Assembly (NCBI GenBank): GCA_965243395.1
Contig: CBDEUS010000001.1
Location: forward strand, 640,001 to 704,000
Direction: 5' to 3'
DNA: 64,000 nucleotides
DNA from: Gammaproteobacteria bacterium
GTDB taxonomy: Bacteria; Pseudomonadota; Gammaproteobacteria; UBA4575
Position 1 is the stretch's first letter; every line of letters starts with the position of its first letter. The position numbers and the translations under genes are program-made. Under the pieces are notes generated by a model. The model had not been told where the DNA came from. It saw only the letters and a list, made by a program, of their open reading frames with translations, and ran no database searches. This document shows positions 29,846 through 40,061 of the stretch, one piece after another.

Positions 29846-31222
29846 ATGAGTATTGGAACTGAATCGAATCCCTTAAAAGTAGCTATTGTGGGTAGTGGCC
29901 CAAGTGGTTTCTATGCAACCGAAGCATTAATCAAATCGGATCTTAATGTTGAAATTGATTTAATTGAAAGATTGCCTGCACCTTTTGGTTTAGTTCGTAA
30001 TGGTGTAGCCCCTGACCACCCTAAACTTAAACAAGCTATTGAAGTTTACAAAAAGATTGCACAAAGCCCTGAATTTAATTTTATTGGTAATGTAACGGTG
30101 GGCCAAGATGTTACAGCTGAAGATTTACAAAATACGCATCATGCCGTCATCTATACATGTGGTGCAGAGACTGATCGTAAACTGGGTATCCCAGGAGAAG
30201 ACCTGCAAGGTAGCTACACGGCAACAGAATTTGTAGGTTGGTACAACGGTCATCCGGATTATCGAGATCGTACATTTGACCTCTCTCATGAAACCGCCAT
30301 TGTAATTGGGCAAGGTAATGTGGCAGCAGATGTATCACGGATACTGGCAAAGTCTGTTGACGAATTAAAGCATACAGATATTTCTCAACATGCCTTGGAC
30401 GCTTTAGCAGACAGTAAAATTAAAACAATCTATGTAGTAGGACGTCGTGGCCCCGCGCAGGCAAAGTTTGCTTCAAAAGAACTAAAAGAGTTTTTAGAAA
30501 TAGAAAATTGTCGACCTTACATAGATCCTAAAGAACTAGAGCTTAATGAAACCAGTCAGCAAGAACTGGAAATGAAAGAAGGTCGTGGTAATAAAAAGAA
30601 TGTTGAAATCTTTCAAAAGTTTGCTGAATCCGAAGATGCTGGTAAACCGCGTACATGTATTTCTACATTTCTAAAAAGCCCTGTTCGTTTAGAAGGAGAA
30701 GGGCGTTTACAAAAAGCCGTGTTTGAAATTAACGAACTCTCAGGTGAGCCCTTCAAGCAATCTGCAAAAGGTACGGGTGAAACTATGGAAATTGAATGTG
30801 GAATATTATTTCGTAGTATTGGTTACAACGGTGTTCCCATACCAGGTGTACCTTTTTATGATCGATGGGGCACCATCCCAAATGAGAATGGACGCATAAC
30901 AACAGAACAAGGTGGCGATGTAGTGCTGGGATTGTATACAGCAGGTTGGATTAAACGTGGTCCATCTGGAATTATCGGAACCAATCGTGCTTGTGCTGTG
31001 GAGTCCGTAGATATGTTATTGGAAGACGTATCTAAATTATCTACAGACAAACCAGGCCGTGAAGCGTTGTATAAAATTCTAGATGCAAATAATGTTCAAT
31101 TCATCAATTATGATCAATGGATGAAAATTGATGCAGCGGAAGTGGCGGCAGGCGAATCTAAAGGTAAGCCACGCGAAAAATTCACTCGTCGTGAAGAAAT
31201 GTTAGCGATAGCAAATGGATAA
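29846..31222 (+). CDS. fprA: Ferredoxin-NADP+ reductase, adrenodoxin-reductase/FprA type
   Basis: VGSGPSGFY, GVAPDH, FVGWYNGHP, GQGNVAAD, GRRGP, GWIKRGPSG.IGTN, KPREK. Confidence 0.9.
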   Translation: MSIGTESNPLKVAIVGSGPSGFYATEALIKSDLNVEIDLIERLPAPFGLVRNGVAPDHPKLKQAIEVYKKIAQSPEFNFIGNVTVGQDVTAEDLQNTHHAVIYTCGAETDRKLGIPGEDLQGSYTATEFVGWYNGHPDYRDRTFDLSHETAIVIGQGNVAADVSRILAKSVDELKHTDISQHALDALADSKIKTIYVVGRRGPAQAKFASKELKEFLEIENCRPYIDPKELELNETSQQELEMKEGRGNKKNVEIFQKFAESEDAGKPRTCISTFLKSPVRLEGEGRLQKAVFEINELSGEPFKQSAKGTGETMEIECGILFRSIGYNGVPIPGVPFYDRWGTIPNENGRITTEQGGDVVLGLYTAGWIKRGPSGIIGTNRACAVESVDMLLEDVSKLSTDKPGREALYKILDANNVQFINYDQWMKIDAAEVAAGESKGKPREKFTRREEMLAIANG

Positions 31223-31350
31223 AAAACTATTCCACTTTATCCGTTTTTATGCTACTTGCATCAGATAGATAATTTGTAAAGTTTTATAAATATAATATTG
31301 TTTTACTTAATTAAAGTGAAATTTTATTAATTTATAAAAAGGGGACAAAT

Positions 31351-31848
31351 ATGCTCTCTATGCGAAATATTACTGGGATATCTATCATTTTGTCTGCAAT
31401 CATCCTTACTGGTTGCGGTACTGCTAAAACTGTTGTACTTGAAGCACCTGATGTATCAACAAAATTCAATGAAGTTGAACTCGTAGCAAACAATCCTACT
31501 GTTAATGTTCCTGAGGAAGTAGATGTATTACTTCGGACTACAATAGAAAAAGGTCTCATTGAAGAAGGAAGTTTTGTTAAAGGTAATGATTTACAAATTC
31601 AATATACATTTGTAAATCATGATGAAGGCAGTCGTGCAGCGAGATGGTTCTGGGGTGGCTTAGGTAATGCAGGTGAAGGTACTGTTACAGTCATGGTGGT
31701 GTATCTTGATAAAGATCAAAAAGAACTGGCCAAGACTCAAGTAGAAGGTAAAATTGGTAGTGGTTTTTTTGGAGGTTCAATGAATGAAGCAATAGTAAAA
31801 GCTGGAGAAGATATTGTAGAATTTACCAAACAAAACTTTTCTGAGTAA
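31351..31848 (+). CDS. DUF4410-like lipoprotein
   Basis: LTGC lipobox, GSRAARWF.GGLG.AG. Confidence 0.75.
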   Translation: MLSMRNITGISIILSAIILTGCGTAKTVVLEAPDVSTKFNEVELVANNPTVNVPEEVDVLLRTTIEKGLIEEGSFVKGNDLQIQYTFVNHDEGSRAARWFWGGLGNAGEGTVTVMVVYLDKDQKELAKTQVEGKIGSGFFGGSMNEAIVKAGEDIVEFTKQNFSE

Positions 31849-31870
31849 ATATATTAACTATTATCATTTA

Positions 31871-31899
31871 AAAAGGCAGCCTAGTGGCTGCCTTTTTTT
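31871..31899 (+). terminator. Rho-independent terminator
   Basis: aaaaggcagcc-tagt-ggctgccttttttt. Confidence 0.85.
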
Positions 31900-32198
31900 A
31901 TGCCTAAAACATCATTAAAAAATTAAAAAATCACGGTATAGACGTTAGTGAATTTAAGAAAAACTTTTGAGTAATTCACGAGTCGAGGCGAATGCAAGCT
32001 AATCCGGGTAATTTATTTACTATAATATAATTAAAGTAATCTCTCTAGTTTAACATTTAAGCTATTGGTTAATAGTAATTATTGAATTAAATGGGAAGGA
32101 ACTATTGCTCGTATAGTCTTTAGGTTGTATTTTTGTTTAATCATGTATTTCTAGGCGATAACAGAATAAATAACTGGCAATTACAGAATTAAAAAACT

Positions 32199-33014
32199 AT
32201 GGAGTTACCAATTATGTTAAGACTAAAGTCTTTTTTATTTGGCGGAATTTTTCTTTCAATACTAACTATATTTAGCATGCCTTTGCATGCAGACGGTGTA
32301 TCAGGCTCTGCGGCTGGAGGTAGCACATCGGGTGCAGATAGTGAGTTGGAATCTTGTCCTGAACCTTTAGGCACGTTAGCAGTACATGAAGATCAGACTG
32401 CATCTTGGTGGCATCATTACTATCGTCGATATCCTACTTTAGGAAGTACTACACCCTTGTTGCGTTTAATGGTGCAACAATCAAATTGCTTTGTAGTAGT
32501 AGAAAGAGGCAAGGCAATGGAAAATGTAATGGGTGAACGAGAATTAGAACAAGCAGGTGAAACACGCGAAGGCAGTAATTTTGGCAAAGGCCAAATGGTT
32601 GCAGCGGACTACACGATGAGTCCTGAAATTCAGATATCGGAAGAAACGGGTGGTGCGAAAGGAAAATTATTTGGGAAATTAGGGGGAGCAGGGGATTTGT
32701 TAGATAGTGTTGCAGGAAAATTAAAAAGAGATGAAGCGTCAACTACGCTCTTGTTAATTGATAACCGTTCCAGTGTGCAGGTAGCAGCTGCACAAGGTTC
32801 ATCCAAAAAATTTAGTTTTGGTGGCGGCGTTGGAATTTTTGGCAGCCAAGGAGGTGGTACTGCATCAGCATTCACTAAAACCCCTGAAGGGAAAGTAATC
32901 GCAGCTGCCTTTGCAAATTCTTATAATAATATGGTTAAAGCATTGCGAAGTTACAAAGCACAAAATGTTGAAGGTGGGCTTGGTAAAGGCGGTAAACTTA
33001 AAGTAGGCGAGTAA
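32199..33014 (+). CDS. CsgG/HfaB family exported protein
   Basis: LRLMVQQSNCFVVVERG, GQMVAADY, signal peptide. Confidence 0.75.
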   Translation: MELPIMLRLKSFLFGGIFLSILTIFSMPLHADGVSGSAAGGSTSGADSELESCPEPLGTLAVHEDQTASWWHHYYRRYPTLGSTTPLLRLMVQQSNCFVVVERGKAMENVMGERELEQAGETREGSNFGKGQMVAADYTMSPEIQISEETGGAKGKLFGKLGGAGDLLDSVAGKLKRDEASTTLLLIDNRSSVQVAAAQGSSKKFSFGGGVGIFGSQGGGTASAFTKTPEGKVIAAAFANSYNNMVKALRSYKAQNVEGGLGKGGKLKVGE

Positions 33015-33035
33015 CGATTCATATTATCAATTATG

Positions 33036-33064
33036 AAAAGGCAGCCTTTTGGCTGCCTTTTTTA
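33036..33064 (+). terminator. Rho-independent terminator
   Basis: aaaaggcagcc-tttt-ggctgccttttttt. Confidence 0.85.
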
Positions 33065-33083
33065 TTGCTTATCAAAAATAAAT

Positions 33084-34418
33084 ATGTCATCTAATTCCAA
33101 GATTGAGCACATTAGCTTATATGAAGCTATGAAATATTGGCTCAAGTTAGGTTTTATTAGTTTTGGTGGGCCTGCAGGTCAAATTAGTATGATGCACCAA
33201 GAATTAGTGGAGCGTAGACGTTGGATTTCTGAACACCGATTCTTACATGCGCTTAATTACACCATGGTACTGCCAGGGCCCGAAGCGCAACAATTAGCGA
33301 CCTATATGGGTTGGCTAATGCATGGTGTTAAAGGTGGGCTGATTGCAGGTGGTTTATTTGTATTACCATCACTATTCATTCTTATCTCATTAACTTGGAT
33401 TTATTTGGAGTATGGAAATACGCAAATTGTTGCTGGTGTGTTGTATGGTGTGAAACCTGCAGTCACGGCTATTGTTTTATTTGCAGCATATAGAATTGGG
33501 TTGCGTGCATTAAAAAATAATGTGCTACGTGCTCTGGCATTACTTGCTTTCATTGCCATTTTTTATTTCCAAGTACCATTTCCATTTATTGTGATGGGTG
33601 CGGGAATATTAGGATTTATTGGTTCTAAAGCAGCTCCTGATTATTTCAATGCAGAGTTACATAAAGCTGAAGCGCATGAGTCATATGGGCCTGCCGTGAT
33701 TGACAATGAAACGCCGATACCAAGTTACGCAAAATTTAGTTGGAGTAGAGTAATCACTTTTATTTTAATAGGCGTAGGTATTGGAATTGCTGTATTAGTA
33801 TTCTTATATTTTAAATTTGGTTGGAGTAATGCACTTACACAAATGGCAATATTTTTTACCAAGGCTGCGTTGGTGACCTTTGGTGGTGCATATGCTGTAT
33901 TACCGTATGTGTATCAAGGAGGTGTTGATCAATTTGGCTGGTTAACTGCCACACAAATGATAGACGGCTTAGCATTGGGTGAGACGACTCCTGGACCATT
34001 AATCATGGTAGTAACATTTGTAGGTTTTGTGGGCGGATGGACTAAAGAAATTTTTGGTCCTGAGCTTTTACCTCTCGCAGGAATTGTTGCGGCATGCATT
34101 GCAACGTTTTTTACTTTTTTACCCTCTTTTCTTTTTATATTTATTGGTGGACCTGCTATAGAAGCAACACGGGGTGAATTACATTTTACTGCACCATTAT
34201 TAGGCATTACAGCTGCGGTTGTGGGTGTTATTGTAAATCTTGCAGTATTTTTTGCTTATCATGTATTTTGGCCGTCAGGTTTTGAAGGTAATTTTGATTG
34301 GCTTTCATTATTTATCGGTATTGGTGCATTTGTTGCTTTGTATAAGTTTAAACTTGATATTGTAAAAGTAATTATAGTTAGCGCGATTTTTGGTTACTTA
34401 ATTTCAATAGTGACTTAA
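33084..34418 (+). CDS. chrA: Chromate efflux transporter (long-chain ChrA)
   Basis: GFISFGGP, LPGPEAQQ, FGGAYAV, ETTPGP; start moved to ATG 33084 because 33033 lies in the terminator. Confidence 0.92.
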   Translation: MSSNSKIEHISLYEAMKYWLKLGFISFGGPAGQISMMHQELVERRRWISEHRFLHALNYTMVLPGPEAQQLATYMGWLMHGVKGGLIAGGLFVLPSLFILISLTWIYLEYGNTQIVAGVLYGVKPAVTAIVLFAAYRIGLRALKNNVLRALALLAFIAIFYFQVPFPFIVMGAGILGFIGSKAAPDYFNAELHKAEAHESYGPAVIDNETPIPSYAKFSWSRVITFILIGVGIGIAVLVFLYFKFGWSNALTQMAIFFTKAALVTFGGAYAVLPYVYQGGVDQFGWLTATQMIDGLALGETTPGPLIMVVTFVGFVGGWTKEIFGPELLPLAGIVAACIATFFTFLPSFLFIFIGGPAIEATRGELHFTAPLLGITAAVVGVIVNLAVFFAYHVFWPSGFEGNFDWLSLFIGIGAFVALYKFKLDIVKVIIVSAIFGYLISIVT

Positions 34419-34425
34419 TTACGAA

Positions 34426-35709
34426 TTGTCTATTAAGCAAAAAATATTTCTAATTATAGGCTTGATATTGGCAGGCGAAGTGATCTTTGCTTTGCCTTTT
34501 CATTTAGGTCGTTTCTTTAGGCCTACTATGCTTGAGATGTTTGATCTTACTGCAACTCAATTAGGGGCTGCTCAGGGTGTATATGGCATTGTTGCGATGC
34601 TCGCTTATTTTCCTGGAGGATTATTAGCAGATCGATTTCCTATATATAAACTCATGTCATTTTCTTTGTGGATGACCGCATTAGGTGGTTTTTATATGTC
34701 CACGTTCCCTGGCTACATGGAATCTATATTGCTGTTTGGGTTTTTTGGATTTTCTACAATAATGTTATTTTGGGGCGCACTAATTCGTGCCACGAGAGAA
34801 TGGGGCGGACAAAAGGGACAGGGTTTAGCATTCGGTATTTTGGAAGGAGGCAGAGGTTTATTAGCTGTAGTGCTAGCTTCATTTGGGGTCTTATTGTTTC
34901 AATTTACCTTTCCATTAGGTTATGAATCAGCAACATTTACTGAAAAGCAAAATGTTTTTAGAACAGTGATTCTAGGTTATTCACTGGTTACCGCGTTAGT
35001 CGGTGTATATATATGGATAGTATTTAGAAAATTTTCAATTGCACGTAAACACTTTGACAAAATACCATTTTGGTTGCAGATATCTAGCAATGCTAAGCAT
35101 ATACTTTCGATACGAAGTGTATGGCTTCAATCGTTAATTGTGGTATGTGCTTACGTTGGCTATAAAGGATTTGATAATTATTCACTATATGTAGTAGATG
35201 TATATGGTTTTGATGAAATTGAAGCAGCAAAAATAATAACGCTCGGTTCTTGGGCGCGCCCAATTATCGCCATAGCTATAGGATTAATCGCAGATCGTTT
35301 TAATGCACTTACAATGCTTTGCCTTAGTTTTCTATTACTGCTTTGTGTGGATAGTTATTTAGCATTTACAACTCCAGACATAAATTTCACCTGGATATTG
35401 CTTACAAACATCTTATTAACTTGTATAGCAATATTTGCATTACGTACACTTTATTTCGCTATTTTTGAAGAAATTAAATTGTCATTGATGTTTACAGGAA
35501 GTGCAGTAGGTCTAATTTCTATTATCGGTTTTACACCTGATGTCTTTGTGCTCTATGTTGCTGGATTGTTAATTGATCGTTCCCCTGGAATTGAAGGACA
35601 CCAACACTTTTTTATGTTTCTTGCAGCATTTTCTGCGATCGGTTTATTGGCAAGTATTACACTCTGTAAAGTTGTTGTGAAAAAAAACTTTTCTACTTTT
35701 GAAACATAA
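34426..35709 (+). CDS. MFS transporter
   Basis: About 12 TM segments, GGLLADRF motif A twice. Confidence 0.85.
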   Translation: MSIKQKIFLIIGLILAGEVIFALPFHLGRFFRPTMLEMFDLTATQLGAAQGVYGIVAMLAYFPGGLLADRFPIYKLMSFSLWMTALGGFYMSTFPGYMESILLFGFFGFSTIMLFWGALIRATREWGGQKGQGLAFGILEGGRGLLAVVLASFGVLLFQFTFPLGYESATFTEKQNVFRTVILGYSLVTALVGVYIWIVFRKFSIARKHFDKIPFWLQISSNAKHILSIRSVWLQSLIVVCAYVGYKGFDNYSLYVVDVYGFDEIEAAKIITLGSWARPIIAIAIGLIADRFNALTMLCLSFLLLLCVDSYLAFTTPDINFTWILLTNILLTCIAIFALRTLYFAIFEEIKLSLMFTGSAVGLISIIGFTPDVFVLYVAGLLIDRSPGIEGHQHFFMFLAAFSAIGLLASITLCKVVVKKNFSTFET

Positions 35710-35975
35710 ATGTCCTTGAGCTAGTTACCTTGGAAAAGGTGTTTGAATTAGCGCACTGGTTAAAAAAATTGAGACTCATATTTTGATAACTTGCTAATTT
35801 ATTTGGTTATTCATTAATATACGTGCGGAATTTATTTGACCCAGATAGAAATATTAGTAATCATTGAGAACCACAATTAGCTATTTTGCACATTTCTCAA
35901 GATTTTATTATTGCGATACTTTATATATTTATAGTTTGCAAACGATGCCTCTTCTGAAGCATATTCGGGATTAGT

Positions 35976-36518
35976 ATGTTATTTCCTCCAGTACCTGAAA
36001 ATGAACAACAACGATTACAAGCGTTGCATAAGCTTGAGGTCTTGGATACTCCAGAAGATGAGAGGTTCGACTGGGTTACGCGTTTTGCTGCCGAAAAACT
36101 TAATGTTCCGATTTGTTTAATCACTTTGATTGACCAAGATCGTCAGTGGTTTAAATCTACATGGGGTGTTGATACCAAAGAAGTACCACGAAATCTTTCT
36201 ATCTGTGCCCATGCAATTTGTGCAGCAAAGGAACACTATCCTAGAGGACGTATCTTTGAAATAAGTGATACGCATAGAGACAGTAGATTTTTTGACCACC
36301 CTCTTATCGTAGACGAGCCAAAGGTACGTTCTTATATAAGCTTTGTTTTACAGGCGGGGGAGGGAATAAATATTGGAACACTGTGTTTGGTGGATAAGCG
36401 CCCAAGAAAATTTAATGAATATGAAATAGACCTCATCATCGAACTGGGAAAGATGGCTGAGGAATTATTCGTTTATGGCGGTCACAATTCGCCTGAATTC
36501 AAAAATAAGTTGAATTAG
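35976..36518 (+). CDS. Stand-alone GAF domain protein
   Basis: NE..RL.AL..L.VLDT, DRQWFKS, SICAHAI, GTLCLVD..PR. Confidence 0.85.
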   Translation: MLFPPVPENEQQRLQALHKLEVLDTPEDERFDWVTRFAAEKLNVPICLITLIDQDRQWFKSTWGVDTKEVPRNLSICAHAICAAKEHYPRGRIFEISDTHRDSRFFDHPLIVDEPKVRSYISFVLQAGEGINIGTLCLVDKRPRKFNEYEIDLIIELGKMAEELFVYGGHNSPEFKNKLN

Positions 36519-36672
36519 CTTAATTCTCTTGTCTATTACCGTTTAAATCGCACAAAAATTGCGCAACATTTTCTGAAAGCCAGGGAATTGGCATATAAAA
36601 TCAATAGTTTGTGTAAGAAAAGTATAGAATTTCGTGTCTATTCTCTAAGCTTAAATAAAATTAGGAGAAGTC

Positions 36673-37104
36673 ATGCGTAAGCTCATCTTTTTACTCATTC
36701 CTTTGATTTTTCTAGTCCTACCATTTACCTCTCAAAGTGGTGAAGAAGGTTCATCAGATGTTAAACCCGCCGTATATGGCGTTATGATGTATGCGGACTG
36801 GTGTGGCAGTTGCAAAGCATTAGATCCAAAGATCGCTCAAGCCAGAAAAGAAGCTAACCTAGATCAAGAAGATATCTTATTTGTGCGTTGGGATTTAACA
36901 GATGAAGTAACTAGTCATCAAGCGAAAATGATGGCTGCTGTACTTGGTTTAAGTGACTTATATAAAACGAATGCAGGCAAAACTGGTTTCATGCTTTTAG
37001 TTGATGCGGATTCAGGCGAGAAACTTGCACAGCTTACTATGAAACATGAAGCGACTGAGATCGCTACAAAAATTCAAGCAAGTATTAAGTCTGCAAAGTC
37101 TTAA
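36673..37104 (+). CDS. Exported thioredoxin-like protein
   Basis: Signal peptide, YADWCGSCK. Confidence 0.75.
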   Translation: MRKLIFLLIPLIFLVLPFTSQSGEEGSSDVKPAVYGVMMYADWCGSCKALDPKIAQARKEANLDQEDILFVRWDLTDEVTSHQAKMMAAVLGLSDLYKTNAGKTGFMLLVDADSGEKLAQLTMKHEATEIATKIQASIKSAKS

Positions 37105-37121
37105 TTATTTAAATTTAGAAA

Positions 37122-37158
37122 CCAACAGTATTTATTATGATAAATACTGTTGGCTTTA
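37122..37158. terminator. Perfect 14-bp inverted repeat, probable terminator
   Basis: ccaacagtatttat-tatg-ataaatactgttgg. Confidence 0.6.
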
Positions 37159-37175
37159 TTTTGTAATGATAAATA

Positions 37176-37880
37176 ATGTCAGCAAAAGAAGTATCCCGTA
37201 CACTCAGAAGAATTGCTAATCCTGAATATGCTAAACACTCACTGCGTTTTTTTAAAACAGGTAAAGGTGAATATGGTGAAGGAGACAAATTTTTAGGAAT
37301 ACGTGTTCCGATTCTTCGACAACATGCAAAAAAATACAAAGATATTGAATTAAGTGAAATTCACAAGCTGCTCAAATCTAAGTTTCATGAAGAACGTTTA
37401 TGTGCGCTTTTTTTATTAACTTTCTATTATCAACAGGGCAATAAGCAGGAAAAGATTGCTTCATACAAGCTTTATCTGACAAATACTCAATACATTAACA
37501 ATTGGGATTTAGTTGATGTAAGCGCACACAAGATTGTAGGGCCGCACCTCTTTGACAGGAATCGTGCACCTCTTTACAAGCTATGTAATTCGAGGCTTTT
37601 ATGGGATCGGCGGATAGCAATAATTTCAACCTATCACTTCATAAAAAATCAACAATTCGATGACACACTAACCTTGTCTGAGAAACTGCTTGATGACGAG
37701 GAAGATTTGATGCACAAAGCTGTGGGCTGGATGTTGAGAGAAGTGGGTAAGCATAAAATTGAAGTTGAAAGAAAGTTTCTGAATAAACACTATAAAAATA
37801 TGCCACGTACCATGTTGCGCTATGCAATTGAAAAATTTCCAGAGCATGAGAGAAAGAAGTACTTGCGAGGTGAAGTCTAA
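37176..37880 (+). CDS. DNA alkylation repair protein (AlkD-like)
   Basis: FFKTGKGEYGEGD, NNWDLVD, KAVGWMLRE, RT.LRYAIE. Confidence 0.9.
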   Translation: MSAKEVSRTLRRIANPEYAKHSLRFFKTGKGEYGEGDKFLGIRVPILRQHAKKYKDIELSEIHKLLKSKFHEERLCALFLLTFYYQQGNKQEKIASYKLYLTNTQYINNWDLVDVSAHKIVGPHLFDRNRAPLYKLCNSRLLWDRRIAIISTYHFIKNQQFDDTLTLSEKLLDDEEDLMHKAVGWMLREVGKHKIEVERKFLNKHYKNMPRTMLRYAIEKFPEHERKKYLRGEV

Positions 37881-37971
37881 GTTCTAATTTGGTATGCAAT
37901 AATAGTTGTTATTGAAAAGATAACATATATGATAGTTTGTGCGCGATAGAGGAAAACGCGTATTACAAACT

Positions 37972-38898
37972 ATGAATTCAGTCATCTCAGTATCTAATTT
38001 ATCTAAAGTTTATGGAAGTGGGCATCGTGCACTCAACGATGTCAGTTTGGATATACGGTCGGGTGAAATTCTTGCACTACTTGGACCCAACGGTGCAGGC
38101 AAAACTACCTTGATATCAATTATTTGTGGGATTGTGAACCCTACAGAGGGTTCCGTGGTTGTAGATGGTCATGACATTATTGATGAATATCGAATCACAC
38201 GAAGCAAGATTGGCTTAGTTCCCCAAGAACTTACTTTGAGTATGTTTGTGAGTGTTTGGGATACGATTTGTTTCAGTCGAGGCCTGTTTGGCAAAAAACC
38301 AGATCCTGCTTATCTCGAACAATTGCTTAAAGACTTATCACTATGGGATAAAAAAGATAGTGATATTTTAACTTTATCTGGAGGCATGAAACGCCGTGTC
38401 TTGATTGCTAAAGCATTGTCGCATGAACCCGAAATTCTATTTTTAGATGAACCCACTGCCGGTGTAGATGTTGAATTACGAAAAGACATGTGGGATTTAG
38501 TTGAAAAACTTCGTCAGTCTGGGGTCACAATAATCTTAACTACACACTATATTGAGGAAGCAGAAGAAATTGCTGATCGAGTGGGTGTCATAAACAAAGG
38601 CGAGCTTATTGTCATTGATGAAAAAGAGGCATTGAAGCATAAACTAGGCAAACGTCAGATGAGTGTTGAATTGGAACAGTCAATTAGTTCTATTCCTCAG
38701 TCTTTAACGTTATGGTCGTTAGAACTATCCGCTGAAGGCAACCAACTTACATATACGTATGACAGTCATAGTGAACATACTGGTGTTGCTGAATTATTGC
38801 GCGCAATAGATCAGGCTGGATTGATGCTAAAAGATGTAAATACAAGCCAAAGTTCTTTAGAAGATATTTTTATAAATCTGGTAAATACCCCTTCGTAG
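37972..38898 (+). CDS. ABC transporter ATP-binding protein (YadG-like)
   Basis: [34 protein letters not shown]. Confidence 0.92.
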   Translation: MNSVISVSNLSKVYGSGHRALNDVSLDIRSGEILALLGPNGAGKTTLISIICGIVNPTEGSVVVDGHDIIDEYRITRSKIGLVPQELTLSMFVSVWDTICFSRGLFGKKPDPAYLEQLLKDLSLWDKKDSDILTLSGGMKRRVLIAKALSHEPEILFLDEPTAGVDVELRKDMWDLVEKLRQSGVTIILTTHYIEEAEEIADRVGVINKGELIVIDEKEALKHKLGKRQMSVELEQSISSIPQSLTLWSLELSAEGNQLTYTYDSHSEHTGVAELLRAIDQAGLMLKDVNTSQSSLEDIFINLVNTPS

Positions 38899-38905
38899 GT
38901 TTTTA

Positions 38906-39667
38906 ATGAATGTTCAAGCAGTAAAAGTAATTTATAAATACGAAATGTTGCGTGCATGGGATACGTTACTACAAAGTTTTGCTTCGCCTGTGATATCTAC
39001 TGTTTTATATTTTGTGGTATTTGGCTCCGCTATTGGGGGCCGTATTGAAAGCATAGAAGGTGTTTCATATGGCGCATTCATTGTGCCTGGACTGATAATG
39101 TTAGCATTGCTTACACAGAGTGTTTCGAATGCGTCATTCGGTATTTATTTTCCACGCTTCACTGGGACGATCTATGAAACATTGTCTGCACCTATTTCAT
39201 ACATAGAAATTATTTTGGGTTATGTAGGAGCTGCTGCAACCAAGTCATTTATTATTGGATTAATAATCCTTGCCACTGCAGGTTTTTTTGTCGAATTAAA
39301 TGTTGTGCATCCAATTTGGATGATGGGCTTCTTGGTTCTTACTTGTATTTCATTCAGTTTACTTGGATTCATAATTGGTTTATGGGCAGAGAGTTTCGAA
39401 CAACTTCAGCTAATTCCATTGTTGGTAATTACACCATTAGTATTTTTAGGCGGGAGCTTTTACACGATTGATATGCTTCCCCCTGCATGGCAGACCGTGA
39501 GCTTATTCAATCCTGTGGTGTATCTGGTGAGCGGGTTTCGTTGGAGCTTTTACGAAGTTTCTGATGTAAGTGTTCACATAAGCCTGTTAATGGTACTGCT
39601 ATTTGCATCCATTTGCTTAACGATTGTTTGGTGGATGTTTAAGACTGGGTACCGTTTAAAACACTAA
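38906..39667 (+). CDS. ABC-2 permease (YadH-like)
   Basis: [25 protein letters not shown]. Confidence 0.9.
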   Translation: MNVQAVKVIYKYEMLRAWDTLLQSFASPVISTVLYFVVFGSAIGGRIESIEGVSYGAFIVPGLIMLALLTQSVSNASFGIYFPRFTGTIYETLSAPISYIEIILGYVGAAATKSFIIGLIILATAGFFVELNVVHPIWMMGFLVLTCISFSLLGFIIGLWAESFEQLQLIPLLVITPLVFLGGSFYTIDMLPPAWQTVSLFNPVVYLVSGFRWSFYEVSDVSVHISLLMVLLFASICLTIVWWMFKTGYRLKH

Positions 39668-39730
39668 ACTAATAGCAAATTATTATTGTTTCCTCTGGTG
39701 ATCCAGGGAGATGACCTAGGGTTGAAAATC

Positions 39731-39829
39731 TCAGGGGAAAACAAAAGCCATAATTAATGCATATAAAACAATCACCACCCCTACAATCAGGGCGATCATG
39801 TCATATTTTTTATACTCTTTTTGGTCCAC
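39731..39829 (-). CDS. Unannotated 32-aa membrane micro-protein (MDQKEYKKYDMIALIVGVVIVLYALIMAFVFP)
   Basis: AGGTG RBS, GTG 39829, TGA 39733-39731, single 21-aa hydrophobic helix. Confidence 0.55.
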   Translation of the reverse strand: MDQKEYKKYDMIALIVGVVIVLYALIMAFVFP

Positions 39830-40061
39830 AAGTAACACCTATTAAATTGTTATTTGTAAACATCAACTTACTACTGTTTTTAGCATTAAAGTATTAGAAA
39901 TTACTAATGATTATTATGATAATTTCTTATAAAAACAGAACGAATTATTTTCTTTATCAATCTTTTTCATAAGTAAATTAAATTGTAATTACACTATTTT
40001 AAAACTAACCAGAAGCGTATACTTTTTATTATTAACTTAACGCAAAATCAGGAGGCAAATC

